Below, one piece after another: positions 18,115 through 27,861 of a DNA stretch of 64,000 nt. The translations under genes were made by a program, and so were the position numbers. This DNA is from Candidatus Sumerlaeia bacterium (GTDB lineage: Bacteria; Sumerlaeota; Sumerlaeia; SLMS01; JANRJK01), in NCBI GenBank assembly GCA_033764015.1, contig JANRJK010000046.1:72782-136781 (forward strand). The letters run 5' to 3'. The notes under the pieces were generated by a model. That model was not told where the DNA came from. It saw only the letters and a list, made by a program, of their open reading frames with translations, and ran no database searches. How positions within the stretch are numbered: the stretch's first letter is position 1; the number at the start of each line of letters is the position of its first letter.

Positions 18115-18972
18115 TCAGGCGAACTCGAGGGCGACCGGCTCCGGGATCAGGCCGGCGGCGTGCGCTTCCGCGAGGAACCGCTCGACGCCCGCGCGCCCGC
18201 GGTCCCCGAAGTCCCGCGTCAGCTCGTTGACATACATGCCGACGAAGCGGTCCGTCAGGCCCTCGTCCAGGCCGCGTCCCCACTGCATCGAGTGCCGCAG
18301 CGCCGGCTGCCGGTTCTTCAGCCCGTACTCGATCGAATCCATCAGGATCGTCTTGAGCCGGGCGATCAGCTCCGGCCCGAGCGACTTGCGCACCACGTTC
18401 GCCCCCAGCGGGAGCGGCAGGCCGCCGGTGCGGTCGTGCCACCACTCGCCCAGGTCGACCACCTTGTGGAAGCCCTCGGACTTCCAGGTGAGCTGCCCCT
18501 CGTGGATCAGCAGGCCGCAGTCCGCGTCGCCCGCCCGCACCGCGTCCATGATCTCGTCGAAGGGGACCACCTTGTAGGAGAAGTCCTTCGTGCCGAGGTA
18601 GAGCGCCAGCGACAGGAAGGCGCTCGTCATCAGGCCCGGCACGGCGACCACCTTGCGGCGGAGGTCGGCGGGTTCGAGCGGTTCGCGCGCGATCACGAGC
18701 GGCCCGTAGTTGTCGCCCATGGAGGCGCCGCAAGGGAGCAGCGCGTACTTGCCGGTGACGTAGGCGTAGGCGTGGATGCTGATCGCGCTGATGTCCAGCT
18801 CCTCGCGGAGCGCGCGCTCGTTCAGCGTCTGGATGTCCTGCAGGATGTGCTCGAACGCGAGGTCCGGCGCGCCCACCGCCCCGCACGCCATGCCGTAGAA
18901 CATGAACGCGTCGTCGGGATCGGGGGAGTGTCCGAGCGTGAGTTGGCGCGTGGCCGCTGCGGTGCTGTCCAT
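18115..18972 (-). CDS. Menaquinone biosynthesis (futalosine pathway) protein, MqnA/MqnD family; probably 1,4-dihydroxy-6-naphthoate synthase
   Basis: LTLGHSPDPDDAFMFYGM...ILQDIQTLNE matches the conserved LGYSPCPNDTFIFY...LEDVETLN N-terminus of MqnD/MqnA proteins. Confidence 0.7.
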   Translation of the reverse strand: MDSTAAATRQLTLGHSPDPDDAFMFYGMACGAVGAPDLAFEHILQDIQTLNERALREELDISAISIHAYAYVTGKYALLPCGASMGDNYGPLVIAREPLEPADLRRKVVAVPGLMTSAFLSLALYLGTKDFSYKVVPFDEIMDAVRAGDADCGLLIHEGQLTWKSEGFHKVVDLGEWWHDRTGGLPLPLGANVVRKSLGPELIARLKTILMDSIEYGLKNRQPALRHSMQWGRGLDEGLTDRFVGMYVNELTRDFGDRGRAGVERFLAEAHAAGLIPEPVALEFA

Positions 18973-19051
18973 GGCGTGCTCCTGGGCTGGGGCGTAACGG
19001 GCCTTCCGGCCCGGTGGCGCTCCGGGGGGCAAGATCGGGACCGTCGCGTGG

Positions 19052-20128
19052 TCAGTCGGCCGCCGCGGGAGGCGTCGTGCCGGGGGCGGGGGCGCCCACG
19101 CCGACTCCGTCCGAGTCGTCCTCGTTCACTTCCTCGCCGGTCTGGGGCGTCGCGGGGCGCACCTTCACGGCGGCGTACTTCCCGGTCTTGTCGGAGATAC
19201 CCGCCTCGAAGGCGACCTCCTGCCCCACCTTGAGCTGGAAGAAGCTGGCGTCCATGATCACCGAGTGGTGGAAGAACCAGCTCTTGCCGGCCTCCGTCTC
19301 GTCCGTGATCCAGCCGGTGCCGTTCGGGTTGAGGAAGTTGATGCGCCCCTGCCGGAAACCGGGCGACGGGGGCGTGAGGGGCGGCCCGGCGGGAAGCGAG
19401 CCGCCGTTCGTGGCCCGCTCCTCGCGCCGCTGCAGCGCCTCCGCGGAGGGCTCGATGAAAAGTCCCTCGATCGTCTGGTCCCGGCGCGAGGTGCGCGCGT
19501 CGATGATCGAGTTCATCAGCAGCGGGTAGGTCACTTCCTTGAGGAGCGTTTCCGCCGTGCGCGTGGTGTGCTGGCGGGCGGGCTCGCCCTCGTTGTAGGT
19601 GAAGTCCCACGCCAGCAGCATCACCCGCGTGCCGAGCGCGTGGAGCTTGCGCACCAGCGGCAGGTAGTCGCCGTCGCACGCGACCAGGCACACGATGTCG
19701 AACTGCTTGTGCACCGCGAGCTCGTAGGTCTCGAGCGCGAGGAGGACGTCGACGCCCTTCTCGCCGTAGGTGCCGCGGGGCAGGTAGTGGGCGAGCACGC
19801 CGGACTTGATGAGGATGTCGTCGAACATCCGCTCGCCGAGGAGCATGTCCTTGCGTTCCGAGTCCTCCGCGCTGTAGCGCCCGCGGAAGTAGTGGGCGTC
19901 GACGATTCGGCAGTACTCGGTGTCGCGCTTCTCGAGGTCGGCGGCGCGGGCGCGCACGAACTCGTGCAGGCCGTTGATCGAAATGCGCGCCTGGCGCTCG
20001 TGGTGGTAGCGGTAGTACTTGCTGACCTCGCTGAAATAGCCGCCGTCATAGAAGATGCCGATGCGGATCACGCCCGGCAGTGCCGCTGGATTCACCGGAT
20101 TGCTCCTGGGAAACGAAGAATGCATCAT
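19052..20128 (-). CDS. NYN-domain (PIN-like RNase) protein fused to a C-terminal cold-shock domain
   Basis: The N-terminus has the NYN acidic motifs IRIGIFYDGGYF, GVDVLLALE and CLVACDGDYLPLV. The C-terminus has GRINFLNPNGTGWITDETEAGKSWFFHHSVI...VKVRPA, which matches the CSD consensus (G.V.WFN..KGFGFI...D.FVH.S.I). The two domains are joined by a Pro-rich linker. Confidence 0.65.
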   Translation of the reverse strand: MMHSSFPRSNPVNPAALPGVIRIGIFYDGGYFSEVSKYYRYHHERQARISINGLHEFVRARAADLEKRDTEYCRIVDAHYFRGRYSAEDSERKDMLLGERMFDDILIKSGVLAHYLPRGTYGEKGVDVLLALETYELAVHKQFDIVCLVACDGDYLPLVRKLHALGTRVMLLAWDFTYNEGEPARQHTTRTAETLLKEVTYPLLMNSIIDARTSRRDQTIEGLFIEPSAEALQRREERATNGGSLPAGPPLTPPSPGFRQGRINFLNPNGTGWITDETEAGKSWFFHHSVIMDASFFQLKVGQEVAFEAGISDKTGKYAAVKVRPATPQTGEEVNEDDSDGVGVGAPAPGTTPPAAAD

Positions 20129-20225
20129 GAATGGGTGGTGGCCCGCCCGCGCCCCATGAGGGGAAAGGGATTAGCGCGAAACGGGCCGGAATCCTGGCTG
20201 GAGCGCGGGCGCGCGGGGGCGCCGC

Positions 20226-21012
20226 TCACTCCTCCTCGTCTTCGTCCTCTTCCTCTTCCTCGGCGAAATCCGCGTCGAGGCTTTCGGCTTCCTCTTCATC
20301 GTCGGGGAGCGCGGCGGCCTTCTTCGAGGCGCCCTTCGCCGGCGCCGCCGCGGGCTTCTTGCGCCGCGCCGCGCTGCGCTCGATCACCGCGTCCAGGTCG
20401 TCCGCGTCGCTGCCGTCGCCGCCGTCGTCCTCCAAATCCTCCTCGTCGTCGCCGTAGCCGAGCACTTCGAGGGGGAGGCCCACGCCGGACTTCTTGGCGC
20501 GCTCCTTGTCCTTGGCGACCTTCTTCTTGTACATCTGGCGGAGCGCCTCGTTGATCGCCTCCATCACCTGCAGCTTCGAGGCGGTGCGCACGAAGGAGAT
20601 CTCGTCGCAGAGGAACTTCTTCGCCTGCTCCATGATCTCCTTCTCCTTCCCCTTGAGGTCGTCCATCTCGTCGAGGATGTAGAGGTCGCGCAGCAGGCGC
20701 GAAATGCGCATCGGGTCGCCCGACTTCATGATGTCGCGGTAGTTGTTGTACTGCATCCGCGCGTCGTTGCGGTTGGGCGAAACGGGGGCCTTCAGCGCGG
20801 CGAGGACCTTCTTGACCTCTTCGCGGCTCATCGGCCGGCGGATGTTGCGCCTCTCGACCTGATCGGCTGGGACGAAGACCTTGGCGCTTTGCGCGTCGAA
20901 GATATAGACGGTCATCTCGGCGCCGTCCACGGTCATGCGCTTCATCCCGCGCATCACGCAGATCCCGTTGGTGGGCTCGATGATCGTCTCGCCGATCTTG
21001 AACTTCATCATG
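20226..21012 (-). CDS. CarD/CdnL-family RNA-polymerase-binding transcription factor with a long acidic/Lys-rich C-terminal extension
   Basis: MMKFKIGETIIEPTNGICVMRGMKRMTVDGAEMTVYIF is a CarD_CdnL_TRCF N-domain. I chose the start at 21012 so the CDS does not run over the tRNA-Arg. The roughly 110-aa tail is rich in D/E and K/A. Confidence 0.7.
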
Positions 21013-21177
21013 GGTGTGGCCTTCTTTCCTGAGGGGGGACGCTGACGTTGGGGCGGCATGGGCGCCGAACGATAAAGCAGCCCGCAAGGGTGTGGCGGCA
21101 ACGCGCCCGGCGCGAGCCTTTTTTTCCGACGCGCGCAAGGGCGCGCGCGGTGCGGATCGGATCGGATGGAGGAAAAG

Positions 21178-21254
21178 TGGCTCGCCCGGAGGGATTTGAA
21201 CCCCCGACCCCTTGATCCGTAGTCAAGTGCTCTAATCCGCTGAGCTACGGGCGA
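21178..21254 (-). tRNA. tRNA-Arg (anticodon ACG), CCA encoded
   Basis: Manual fold: acceptor TCGCCCG/CGGGCGA, D-arm GCTCAGCGGATTAGAGC, anticodon stem CTTGA/TCAAG with loop CTACGGA (anticodon ACG), T-arm GGGGGTTCAAATCCCTC, discriminator G, then CCA. Confidence 0.85.
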
Positions 21255-21459
21255 ACGGGACACGGCACGGAACGATTCGCGCGCCGGAAGTGGGAGAGAG
21301 TAGCGGTGCCCCCCCGGCGGTCAACGACTTTTTTACCCGGCCCCCCGGCGCGGCGCACGGGCGGGTGGCCGCCTCGTCCCTTGCCCGCGCGCCGCCGCCG
21401 CGCGATACCTCGCGACCGCCCCGCCAAGGGGCGCCCAACGGAGACGGAAGGACGCGGCG

Positions 21460-22731
21460 ATGGAAGGCAATGTCATCGACACACTGAAGGCGCGGGGGCT
21501 CCTCGAGGCCATCACCGGCGACGAGCTGCGCGAACGCGTCGGCAAGGAGCCGCTCACCATCTACAGCGGCTTCGACTGCACCGCCGACTCGCTCCACGTC
21601 GGCCACCTGCTCCCCGCGCTCAACCTGCGCCGCTTCCAGCTCGCCGGCCACACACCCATCGTCGTCGTCGGCGGCGGCACCAGCCTCATCGGCGATCCCT
21701 CCGGCAAGCGCGCCGAACGCAAGCTCCTCGACCGCGCCACCATCGACGGCTTCGCCGAATCGATCCGCAAGCAGCTCGCCGGCCTCCTCGACTTCTCCGG
21801 CGCCAACGCGGCCCGCATGCGCAACAACGCCGACTGGCTCTGCCAGTTCTCCTTCATCGACATGCTCCGCGACGTCGGCAAGTTCTTCCGCCTCTCCGAC
21901 ATGCTCGAAAAGGACTCGGTCCGTTCGCGCCTCGAATCCGAGGCCGGCATCAGCTTCACTGAATTCACCTACATGATCCTCCAGTCCTACGACTTCCTCC
22001 ACCTGTACAAGGCGGAGGGGTGCCAGGTGCAGGGCGGCGGTAGCGACCAGTGGGGCAACATCACCGCCGGCACCGACCTCATCCGCAAGAGCTGCGGCGG
22101 CCAGGCCTACGGCGTCACCTACCCGCTGCTGCTCAATTCGAAAGGCGAGAAGTTCGGCAAGTCGGAAGGCAACGCCGTGTGGCTCGATCCGAACCTGACG
22201 AGCCCCTACGACTTCTACCAGTTCTGGATCCGCACCGAGGACGCGGACGTCGAGCGGCTCCTCAAGTACTTCACCTTCATCGGGCTGGACGAGATCGCGG
22301 CGCTCGCCGCGGAGCACCGCAAGGCGCCGGAGAAGCGCCTCGCGCAGCAGCGCCTCGCGCACGAGATGACGACGATGCTCCACGGCGAGGAGGAGGCGAA
22401 GAAGTCCGCCGCCTCCGCCCGCGCCCTCTACGGCGGCTCGGTCGAAGTGGCGCCCGGCGCCAAGCTGGCGGACCTGGTCCCCGACGCGCCGCGCGCAAGC
22501 ATGGACCGCAAGCGCATCGGCACGCTCACCCTGCTCGACCTGGTGGTGGAGAGCGGCCTCGCCGCCAGCAAGGGCGAAGCGCGCCGCCTGATCCAGCAGG
22601 GCGGCGCCTACCTGAACCAGCAGCGAATCGACGACGGCTTCGCGCTCCTCGCCGAGGACGCGCTCTCCGCCGACCACATGGTGCTGCTGCGCGCGGGGAA
22701 GAAGAACTACGTGCTCGTGGAGTTCTCCTAG
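21460..22731 (+). CDS. tyrS: Tyrosyl-tRNA synthetase
   Basis: HIGH motif (ADSLHVGHL) and KMSKS-type motif (KFGKS). A C-terminal S4-like domain is present. Confidence 0.9.
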   Translation: MEGNVIDTLKARGLLEAITGDELRERVGKEPLTIYSGFDCTADSLHVGHLLPALNLRRFQLAGHTPIVVVGGGTSLIGDPSGKRAERKLLDRATIDGFAESIRKQLAGLLDFSGANAARMRNNADWLCQFSFIDMLRDVGKFFRLSDMLEKDSVRSRLESEAGISFTEFTYMILQSYDFLHLYKAEGCQVQGGGSDQWGNITAGTDLIRKSCGGQAYGVTYPLLLNSKGEKFGKSEGNAVWLDPNLTSPYDFYQFWIRTEDADVERLLKYFTFIGLDEIAALAAEHRKAPEKRLAQQRLAHEMTTMLHGEEEAKKSAASARALYGGSVEVAPGAKLADLVPDAPRASMDRKRIGTLTLLDLVVESGLAASKGEARRLIQQGGAYLNQQRIDDGFALLAEDALSADHMVLLRAGKKNYVLVEFS

Positions 22732-22834
22732 CGGCCCCGCGGGGCGCGCGCGGCAATCCCTTCTTGCCCGCGCGGCGCGCGCCTGCTCATATCGCGGGGC
22801 CGAAAATCCACGGAATCCCGGAGCCTCCCCACCG

Positions 22835-23203
22835 ATGAAGCTGTTCCGCACCGCCGCCCTCGCCGCGGGCATCGCCGCCGCCATCGCCCTCACCGGCTGC
22901 TCGACCAAGCTCGGCCAGTTCACGATGATGACCACCGGCGCGCCGCAGTTCGACTCGATGGACAACGCTCCCCTGACGAACGACGTGCGCGGCGAGAGCG
23001 GGCGCTACTGGATCCTCTTCATCCCCACCGCCTCCCAGCCCGACGTCGAAAACGCCGTGAACGACGCCTTGATGCGCGGCAACGGCGACTTCATGGAGCG
23101 CGTCGAAGTCTACTCCAAGGGCTGGTCCGCCATCCTCGTCAGCTACGACGGCTACCACGTCCGCGGCGCCGTCGGGAACTCGAAGTACAACCGGGGGCAG
23201 TAA
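22835..23203 (+). CDS. Small lipoprotein, hypothetical
   Basis: Signal peptide with lipobox (ALTGC). Confidence 0.5.
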   Translation: MKLFRTAALAAGIAAAIALTGCSTKLGQFTMMTTGAPQFDSMDNAPLTNDVRGESGRYWILFIPTASQPDVENAVNDALMRGNGDFMERVEVYSKGWSAILVSYDGYHVRGAVGNSKYNRGQ

Positions 23204-23289
23204 TACCCGCCGCCGAGCAACTTTCCCCCGCCCCGTGCGCCCCTCTTCGGCGCGCGGGGCGTTCCTCTTTCCAGGAGCCCCGCCTCAAG

Positions 23290-25770
23290 ATGCCCAGCGT
23301 CCGCGTCCACTACCATCGCAACGATGGCAACTACACCGAGGTCCAGATCTGGACCTGGGACTGGGAAGGGAACCGCAACCCCGCGCAGCAGGACCTCGCC
23401 CCCGCCGCCGAGGACGACTTCGGCGTCGTCTTCGAAATCCCGACCGACAAGTACGGCCTCAACCCGGACCAGCTCACGATCGGCATCCTGCCCCGCATCG
23501 AGCGGAACTGGGAGAAGAAGGACGATCCGGAGCGCAAGTGGACGCCCGATTGCGGCTGCGAAGTGTGGATCATCCAGGACGACGAGCGCATCTACACGAA
23601 GCGCCCCGACACGACGCCCACCGTGAAGGCGTTCCTCGACAAGGGGAACGTGGTGGTGGCGCGCTTCACGGGCCACGTCTCGCGCGCGGGCGACCTCTCG
23701 AAAACGGTCGTCCGAGGCCCCGGCGGCAAGACGATCGCCACCCGCGAGGTGCACCACGTCCACGACTACGGAGCCACCTTCGTCTTTGTCGAAGCGATCC
23801 CCTTCCTCTGCCAGCGCTGGGACATCGAAGTGCCGAACTTCCGCCCCGCCGGCCTCCGCCCGCGCAACGTCCTCTTCGACGGCACCGAGTTCGGCACGCT
23901 CAAGCCGCTCGGCGCCCTCTGCACGCCGGCGGAAACCGTCTTCCGCGTCTTCGCCCCCTGCGCCGACGCGGTCGCCGTGGTGATCTATAAGACCGCCCTC
24001 GGCAAGGAGGAACCCCGCGAGGTCCCCCTCAAGCACCTCGGCAAGGGCGTCTGGGAGGCCACGGAGAAGGGCGACCTCGACGGCCTCTACTACCTGCTGC
24101 GCGTGAAGAACTCCTTCGCCGACGAACCGGTGGAGGCCGCCGACCCCTACTCGGTCAACACGACGGGCCGCGACCGCCGGTCGCGCATCACCGACCTCCG
24201 CCGCACCGACCCCCCCGGCTTCCGCCCCGTCAAGCGGCCGCCCTTCAGCGGACGCCTGGCCGACCTGATCGCGACGGAGCTCCACGTCCGCGACTTCTCC
24301 GTTTCGCACAACTCCGGCATGCGGGCGAAGGGCAACTACCTCGCCTTCACCGAGAAGGACACTCACCTCCCGCACCACCCGGAGGTCTCCACGGGCCTCG
24401 CGCACCTGCGCGAGCTCGGTGTCACGCACGTGCAACTCCTCCCCATCCAGGACTTCGACAACTTCGAGGACCGCCACGACTACAACTGGGGCTACATGAC
24501 GACCTGCTTCTGGTCGCCGGAGGGCTGGTACGCCTCCGCGCTCGAGGACGCCTCCCGCATCATCGAATGCAAGCGCATGATCCAGGCGCTCCACGAAGCC
24601 GGCATCCGCGTCGTGATGGACGTCGTGTACAACCACACCGCGCCGAACGCGTCCTTCAACGCCGTGGCGCCGGGCTACTACTACCGCCTGCGCGCCGACG
24701 GCTCCCGCTGGAACGGCAGCGGCTGCGGCAACGAATTCAAGAGCGAAGCCCCCATGGGCCGACGCTTCATCATCGATTCGCTCAAGTATTGGGTCGAGGA
24801 GTTCGGCGTCGACGGCTTCCGCTTCGACCTCATGGGGCTCATCGACCGGGAGACGATGATGCAGGCGCGCCGCGAGCTCCTCGAGCTGGATCCAACGCTG
24901 CTCATCTACGGCGAGCCATGGGTCGCGGCCGGCTGCGGCCTCGATGCGGTCACCGACAAGTGGGCGGTCCGCGGCACCGGCGTCGGCGCCTTCAACGACC
25001 ACTACCGCAACGCCCTCAAGGGCGAGCCGGACAACCACCACTGGGGCTACGTGCAAGGCGCGCCGCACCGCGACGCGGTCGCCGGCGGCATCGCGGGCTC
25101 CATCGACGACTGGGCGCTCCACCCGGGCGACTCGATCAACTACGGCGACTGCCACGACAACCTGTGCCTCTGGGACAAGATCGCCGCCTGCTGCCCCCAC
25201 GAGACGGAGCCGGACCGGATCCGCATGTACAACCTCGCCATGGCGATCCTCGCGGTCAGCCAGGGCGCCATGTTCCTACACGGCGGCCACGAAACCACCC
25301 GCACGAAGTTCGGCAACCACAACAGCTACAACGCGCCCGACGAGATCAACCGCATCGACTGGTCGCGCAAGGCGCGCTACGCCAACACCTTCACCTACAC
25401 GCGCGACATGATCCGGCTGCGCCGCGCGCACCCGCTCTTCCGCCTCCCCACCGGCGCCGAAGTCCGCAAGCGCATCGACTTCCTCTTCCTCCTGCCGAAG
25501 AGCCCGCAGGCGATCTCCTTCTCGCTCGACGGCGACGGCCTGGAAGGCGAGAGCTGGTCCGCCGCGCTCGTCCTGATCAACCCGTACCACCGCGCGCGCA
25601 CCTTCCCGCTGCCGAAGGGCGTCTGGAACGTCCACGCCTGCGGGCACACCGCATCGGTGGAGGCGCTGCAGGCGGTCGAAGGGCGCTTCGCCGTCGCGGG
25701 CCGCACCTTGGCGGTGCTCGCCCAGGCGAAGGACTCCTCCGCCGCGGAACCCGCGGGGGCCGCGTTCTAG
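23290..25770 (+). CDS. pulA: Type I pullulanase / debranching enzyme (GH13)
   Basis: GH13 catalytic regions are present (YNHTA..., GVDGFRFDLMG, and a YGEPW-type region). An N-terminal CBM41/48-like domain is present. The protein is 826 aa. Confidence 0.85.
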   Translation: MPSVRVHYHRNDGNYTEVQIWTWDWEGNRNPAQQDLAPAAEDDFGVVFEIPTDKYGLNPDQLTIGILPRIERNWEKKDDPERKWTPDCGCEVWIIQDDERIYTKRPDTTPTVKAFLDKGNVVVARFTGHVSRAGDLSKTVVRGPGGKTIATREVHHVHDYGATFVFVEAIPFLCQRWDIEVPNFRPAGLRPRNVLFDGTEFGTLKPLGALCTPAETVFRVFAPCADAVAVVIYKTALGKEEPREVPLKHLGKGVWEATEKGDLDGLYYLLRVKNSFADEPVEAADPYSVNTTGRDRRSRITDLRRTDPPGFRPVKRPPFSGRLADLIATELHVRDFSVSHNSGMRAKGNYLAFTEKDTHLPHHPEVSTGLAHLRELGVTHVQLLPIQDFDNFEDRHDYNWGYMTTCFWSPEGWYASALEDASRIIECKRMIQALHEAGIRVVMDVVYNHTAPNASFNAVAPGYYYRLRADGSRWNGSGCGNEFKSEAPMGRRFIIDSLKYWVEEFGVDGFRFDLMGLIDRETMMQARRELLELDPTLLIYGEPWVAAGCGLDAVTDKWAVRGTGVGAFNDHYRNALKGEPDNHHWGYVQGAPHRDAVAGGIAGSIDDWALHPGDSINYGDCHDNLCLWDKIAACCPHETEPDRIRMYNLAMAILAVSQGAMFLHGGHETTRTKFGNHNSYNAPDEINRIDWSRKARYANTFTYTRDMIRLRRAHPLFRLPTGAEVRKRIDFLFLLPKSPQAISFSLDGDGLEGESWSAALVLINPYHRARTFPLPKGVWNVHACGHTASVEALQAVEGRFAVAGRTLAVLAQAKDSSAAEPAGAAF

Positions 25771-25790
25771 CCCGCCCCGGGGCCCCGCCG

Positions 25791-26201
25791 GTGGACACGC
25801 TCGACCCGCGCCGCCGCAGCGAGCTCATGGCGCGGATCCGCTCGAAGGACACCGCGCCGGAGCTGTTCGTCCGGCGCCTCGCGCACGCGCTCGGCTACCG
25901 CTACCGGCTCCACGCCAAGGACCTCCCCGGCAGGCCCGACCTCGTCTTCCGCAAGCGGCTCAAGGTGGTCTTCGTGCACGGATGCTTCTGGCACGGCCAC
26001 ACCTCCCGCCGCTGCCCGCACGCCCGCTTGCCGAAGAGCAACGTCGCCTTCTGGGCCGCCAAGATCGCCGCCAACCGCGAGCGCGACCTGCGCCGCATCC
26101 GCGAGCTTCGCAGCCTCGGCTACAAGTCCCTCGTCCTGTGGGAGTGCGAGCTCGGCGACGCCGCGCGCGTCGAGGCGAAGCTGCGGCGCTTCCTGGGCTA
26201 G
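25791..26201 (+). CDS. vsr: Very-short-patch-repair endonuclease Vsr
   Basis: RSKDTAPE...PGRPDLVF...VVFVHGCFWHGH matches the E. coli Vsr motifs (TRSKNMRAI...DTAIE, PGRPDFV, FTHGCFWHHH). The GTG at 25791 is chosen because Vsr homology begins upstream of the first ATG. Confidence 0.8.
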   Translation: MDTLDPRRRSELMARIRSKDTAPELFVRRLAHALGYRYRLHAKDLPGRPDLVFRKRLKVVFVHGCFWHGHTSRRCPHARLPKSNVAFWAAKIAANRERDLRRIRELRSLGYKSLVLWECELGDAARVEAKLRRFLG

Positions 26202-27706
26202 CGCACCACGACGCCGTCGCCGGAGGCGGTCGCCTCCTCCGGCTCCTGCGACACGGGGAGCAGGAACTGCAGCACCGCGGGGAAACGCGCGGCCCACGCC
26301 GGCTCCGTGTGGTCCGCCCCGTAGGCGATCGTGTGGAGGAAGTCCGGCCCCACCGGGTAGTTGTTCTCGATCAGCGCGTCGCGCGCCTGCAGCGTCGTCG
26401 ACGCGCCGTCGTCCGCGGGGATCAGCCCGCCGCCCACCGTGCCGCTGTCCAGGTAGAGGCGCACCTGCCGCGGCGCCTGGGAACGCATCCGCTCGATCAA
26501 CTCCGTGCGGCCACCGACCGTCGACGCCCAGTAGGCGGGGGAGAGCGCCGCATGGTGCCGCGCGAACGACGGGTACTCCCACGCGAGATAGGTCGAGAAG
26601 AAGCCACCCATGGACGATCCCGCCGTCGCCGTGTCGTCCCGGCCGGTGAGCGTGCGGTAGTTCGCGTCGATGTAGGGCTTCACCTCGTTGATGTAATAGG
26701 CCGCCGTCTGGTTCGCGCGCCCGGTGTAGATCACCGCCGTGTCGTACTCGGGCAGGTACTCGGGGATGCGTTCGCTGCCGCCGTGGCTGACGCCGACGAT
26801 GACCGCCTCGCGCATGCGCCCCTGGGCGATCAGCGCGGTGGCCGCCTCGTCCGCGCGCCACGTGTTGCCGAAGCCGCTGTCGCCGGCGAACGTCTGGAAG
26901 CAGTTCTGCCCGTCGTGCATGTAGAGCACCGGATAGCGCCGCGCCGTGTGCTGGTCGTAGCCGCGCGGCAGATACACGTAGACGGCGCGCGTCGGGAGCG
27001 AGCCGGTGAAGTTCGGGATCTTCACGACGCGCGGAGCGGAAACCGCGGGCGCCGGGCGGTAGTTGAAGAGCTGCCGGTCCTGCAGCCAAGGCGACGCCAG
27101 CGCCGTGGTGTAGTACGCGGCGCCCGACGGCGTGTCGAACCCGCCGTCCCCGCGGACGACGCGGAACTGCCACTCGCCCCGCGCCGGGAGGCCGTCGACC
27201 GGCGCGCTCCAAAGTCCTTCCTGCGGTGTGCGCCCGTCGCCGGTCCGCGTCAGCGCCACGGCGCGGTGGTCCGCGCCCTCGCGGATCTCGAGCACGGGGG
27301 CCGGCGCCGATCCGATATAGCGGAAGAAGCCGCGGCGCGGGGCTTCCGCCTGGCCCGGGACCGTCAGCGACAACGGCGATCCGATCAGCGCGCCGTTCGC
27401 CGGATTCGCCTGCGCCGCCGCGCTGTCCTGTCGCACCGCGAACTGGTACTCCACGGTGGTTCCCTCGGGCAGCGACACGGTGGCCGACCACTGCGGGTAT
27501 CCGTGCGGCGACAGCTTGAGCGCCCGCGTCATCTCGCCGCCGCCAAGCAGCGGGTGGTCGCCGAGCACGAAGACCGATTCGCCGAACGAAGTTTCGCGAG
27601 TCGTCTGCAACTGCACCGGCTGGTCCGCGAGAACTCGTAAGCCCCCGGTCGCCCCGAGGGCCAGCAACCCCGCGCACACCCACGGAATTCCGCACATCCG
27701 CGCCAT
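26198..27706 (-). CDS. Secreted CBM20 (starch-binding) domain fused to an esterase / alpha-beta hydrolase
   Basis: There is a signal peptide. A CBM20-like region is present (FGESVFVLGDHPLLGGG...YQFAV). The C-terminus is putative-esterase-family-like, with GSSMGG as the nucleophile elbow. Confidence 0.65.
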   Translation of the reverse strand: MARMCGIPWVCAGLLALGATGGLRVLADQPVQLQTTRETSFGESVFVLGDHPLLGGGEMTRALKLSPHGYPQWSATVSLPEGTTVEYQFAVRQDSAAAQANPANGALIGSPLSLTVPGQAEAPRRGFFRYIGSAPAPVLEIREGADHRAVALTRTGDGRTPQEGLWSAPVDGLPARGEWQFRVVRGDGGFDTPSGAAYYTTALASPWLQDRQLFNYRPAPAVSAPRVVKIPNFTGSLPTRAVYVYLPRGYDQHTARRYPVLYMHDGQNCFQTFAGDSGFGNTWRADEAATALIAQGRMREAVIVGVSHGGSERIPEYLPEYDTAVIYTGRANQTAAYYINEVKPYIDANYRTLTGRDDTATAGSSMGGFFSTYLAWEYPSFARHHAALSPAYWASTVGGRTELIERMRSQAPRQVRLYLDSGTVGGGLIPADDGASTTLQARDALIENNYPVGPDFLHTIAYGADHTEPAWAARFPAVLQFLLPVSQEPEEATASGDGVVVR

Positions 27707-27861
27707 CTCCCGCTCCCTTCGTCCTGCCCCGCTTCTTGCAACCGGCGGGTCGCTCCCGTTGCGCCCGTCCATCGGGGACGGAACTACTCGTCGCTGTTCG
27801 ACGGCGCCGGAAGCAAGCAGCCTCGGCGCTGCGTCCCGCCAATCTTCCCACGGACGGCTCC

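Noticed and set aside
21264-21459. Possible T-box riboswitch in the tyrS leader (GGGCGGGTGGCCGCC resembles the T-box core GGGUGGNACCGCG)
   Set aside because: It is only a partial match. There is no recognisable specifier loop or antiterminator/terminator pair. I cannot support it without a covariance-model scan.
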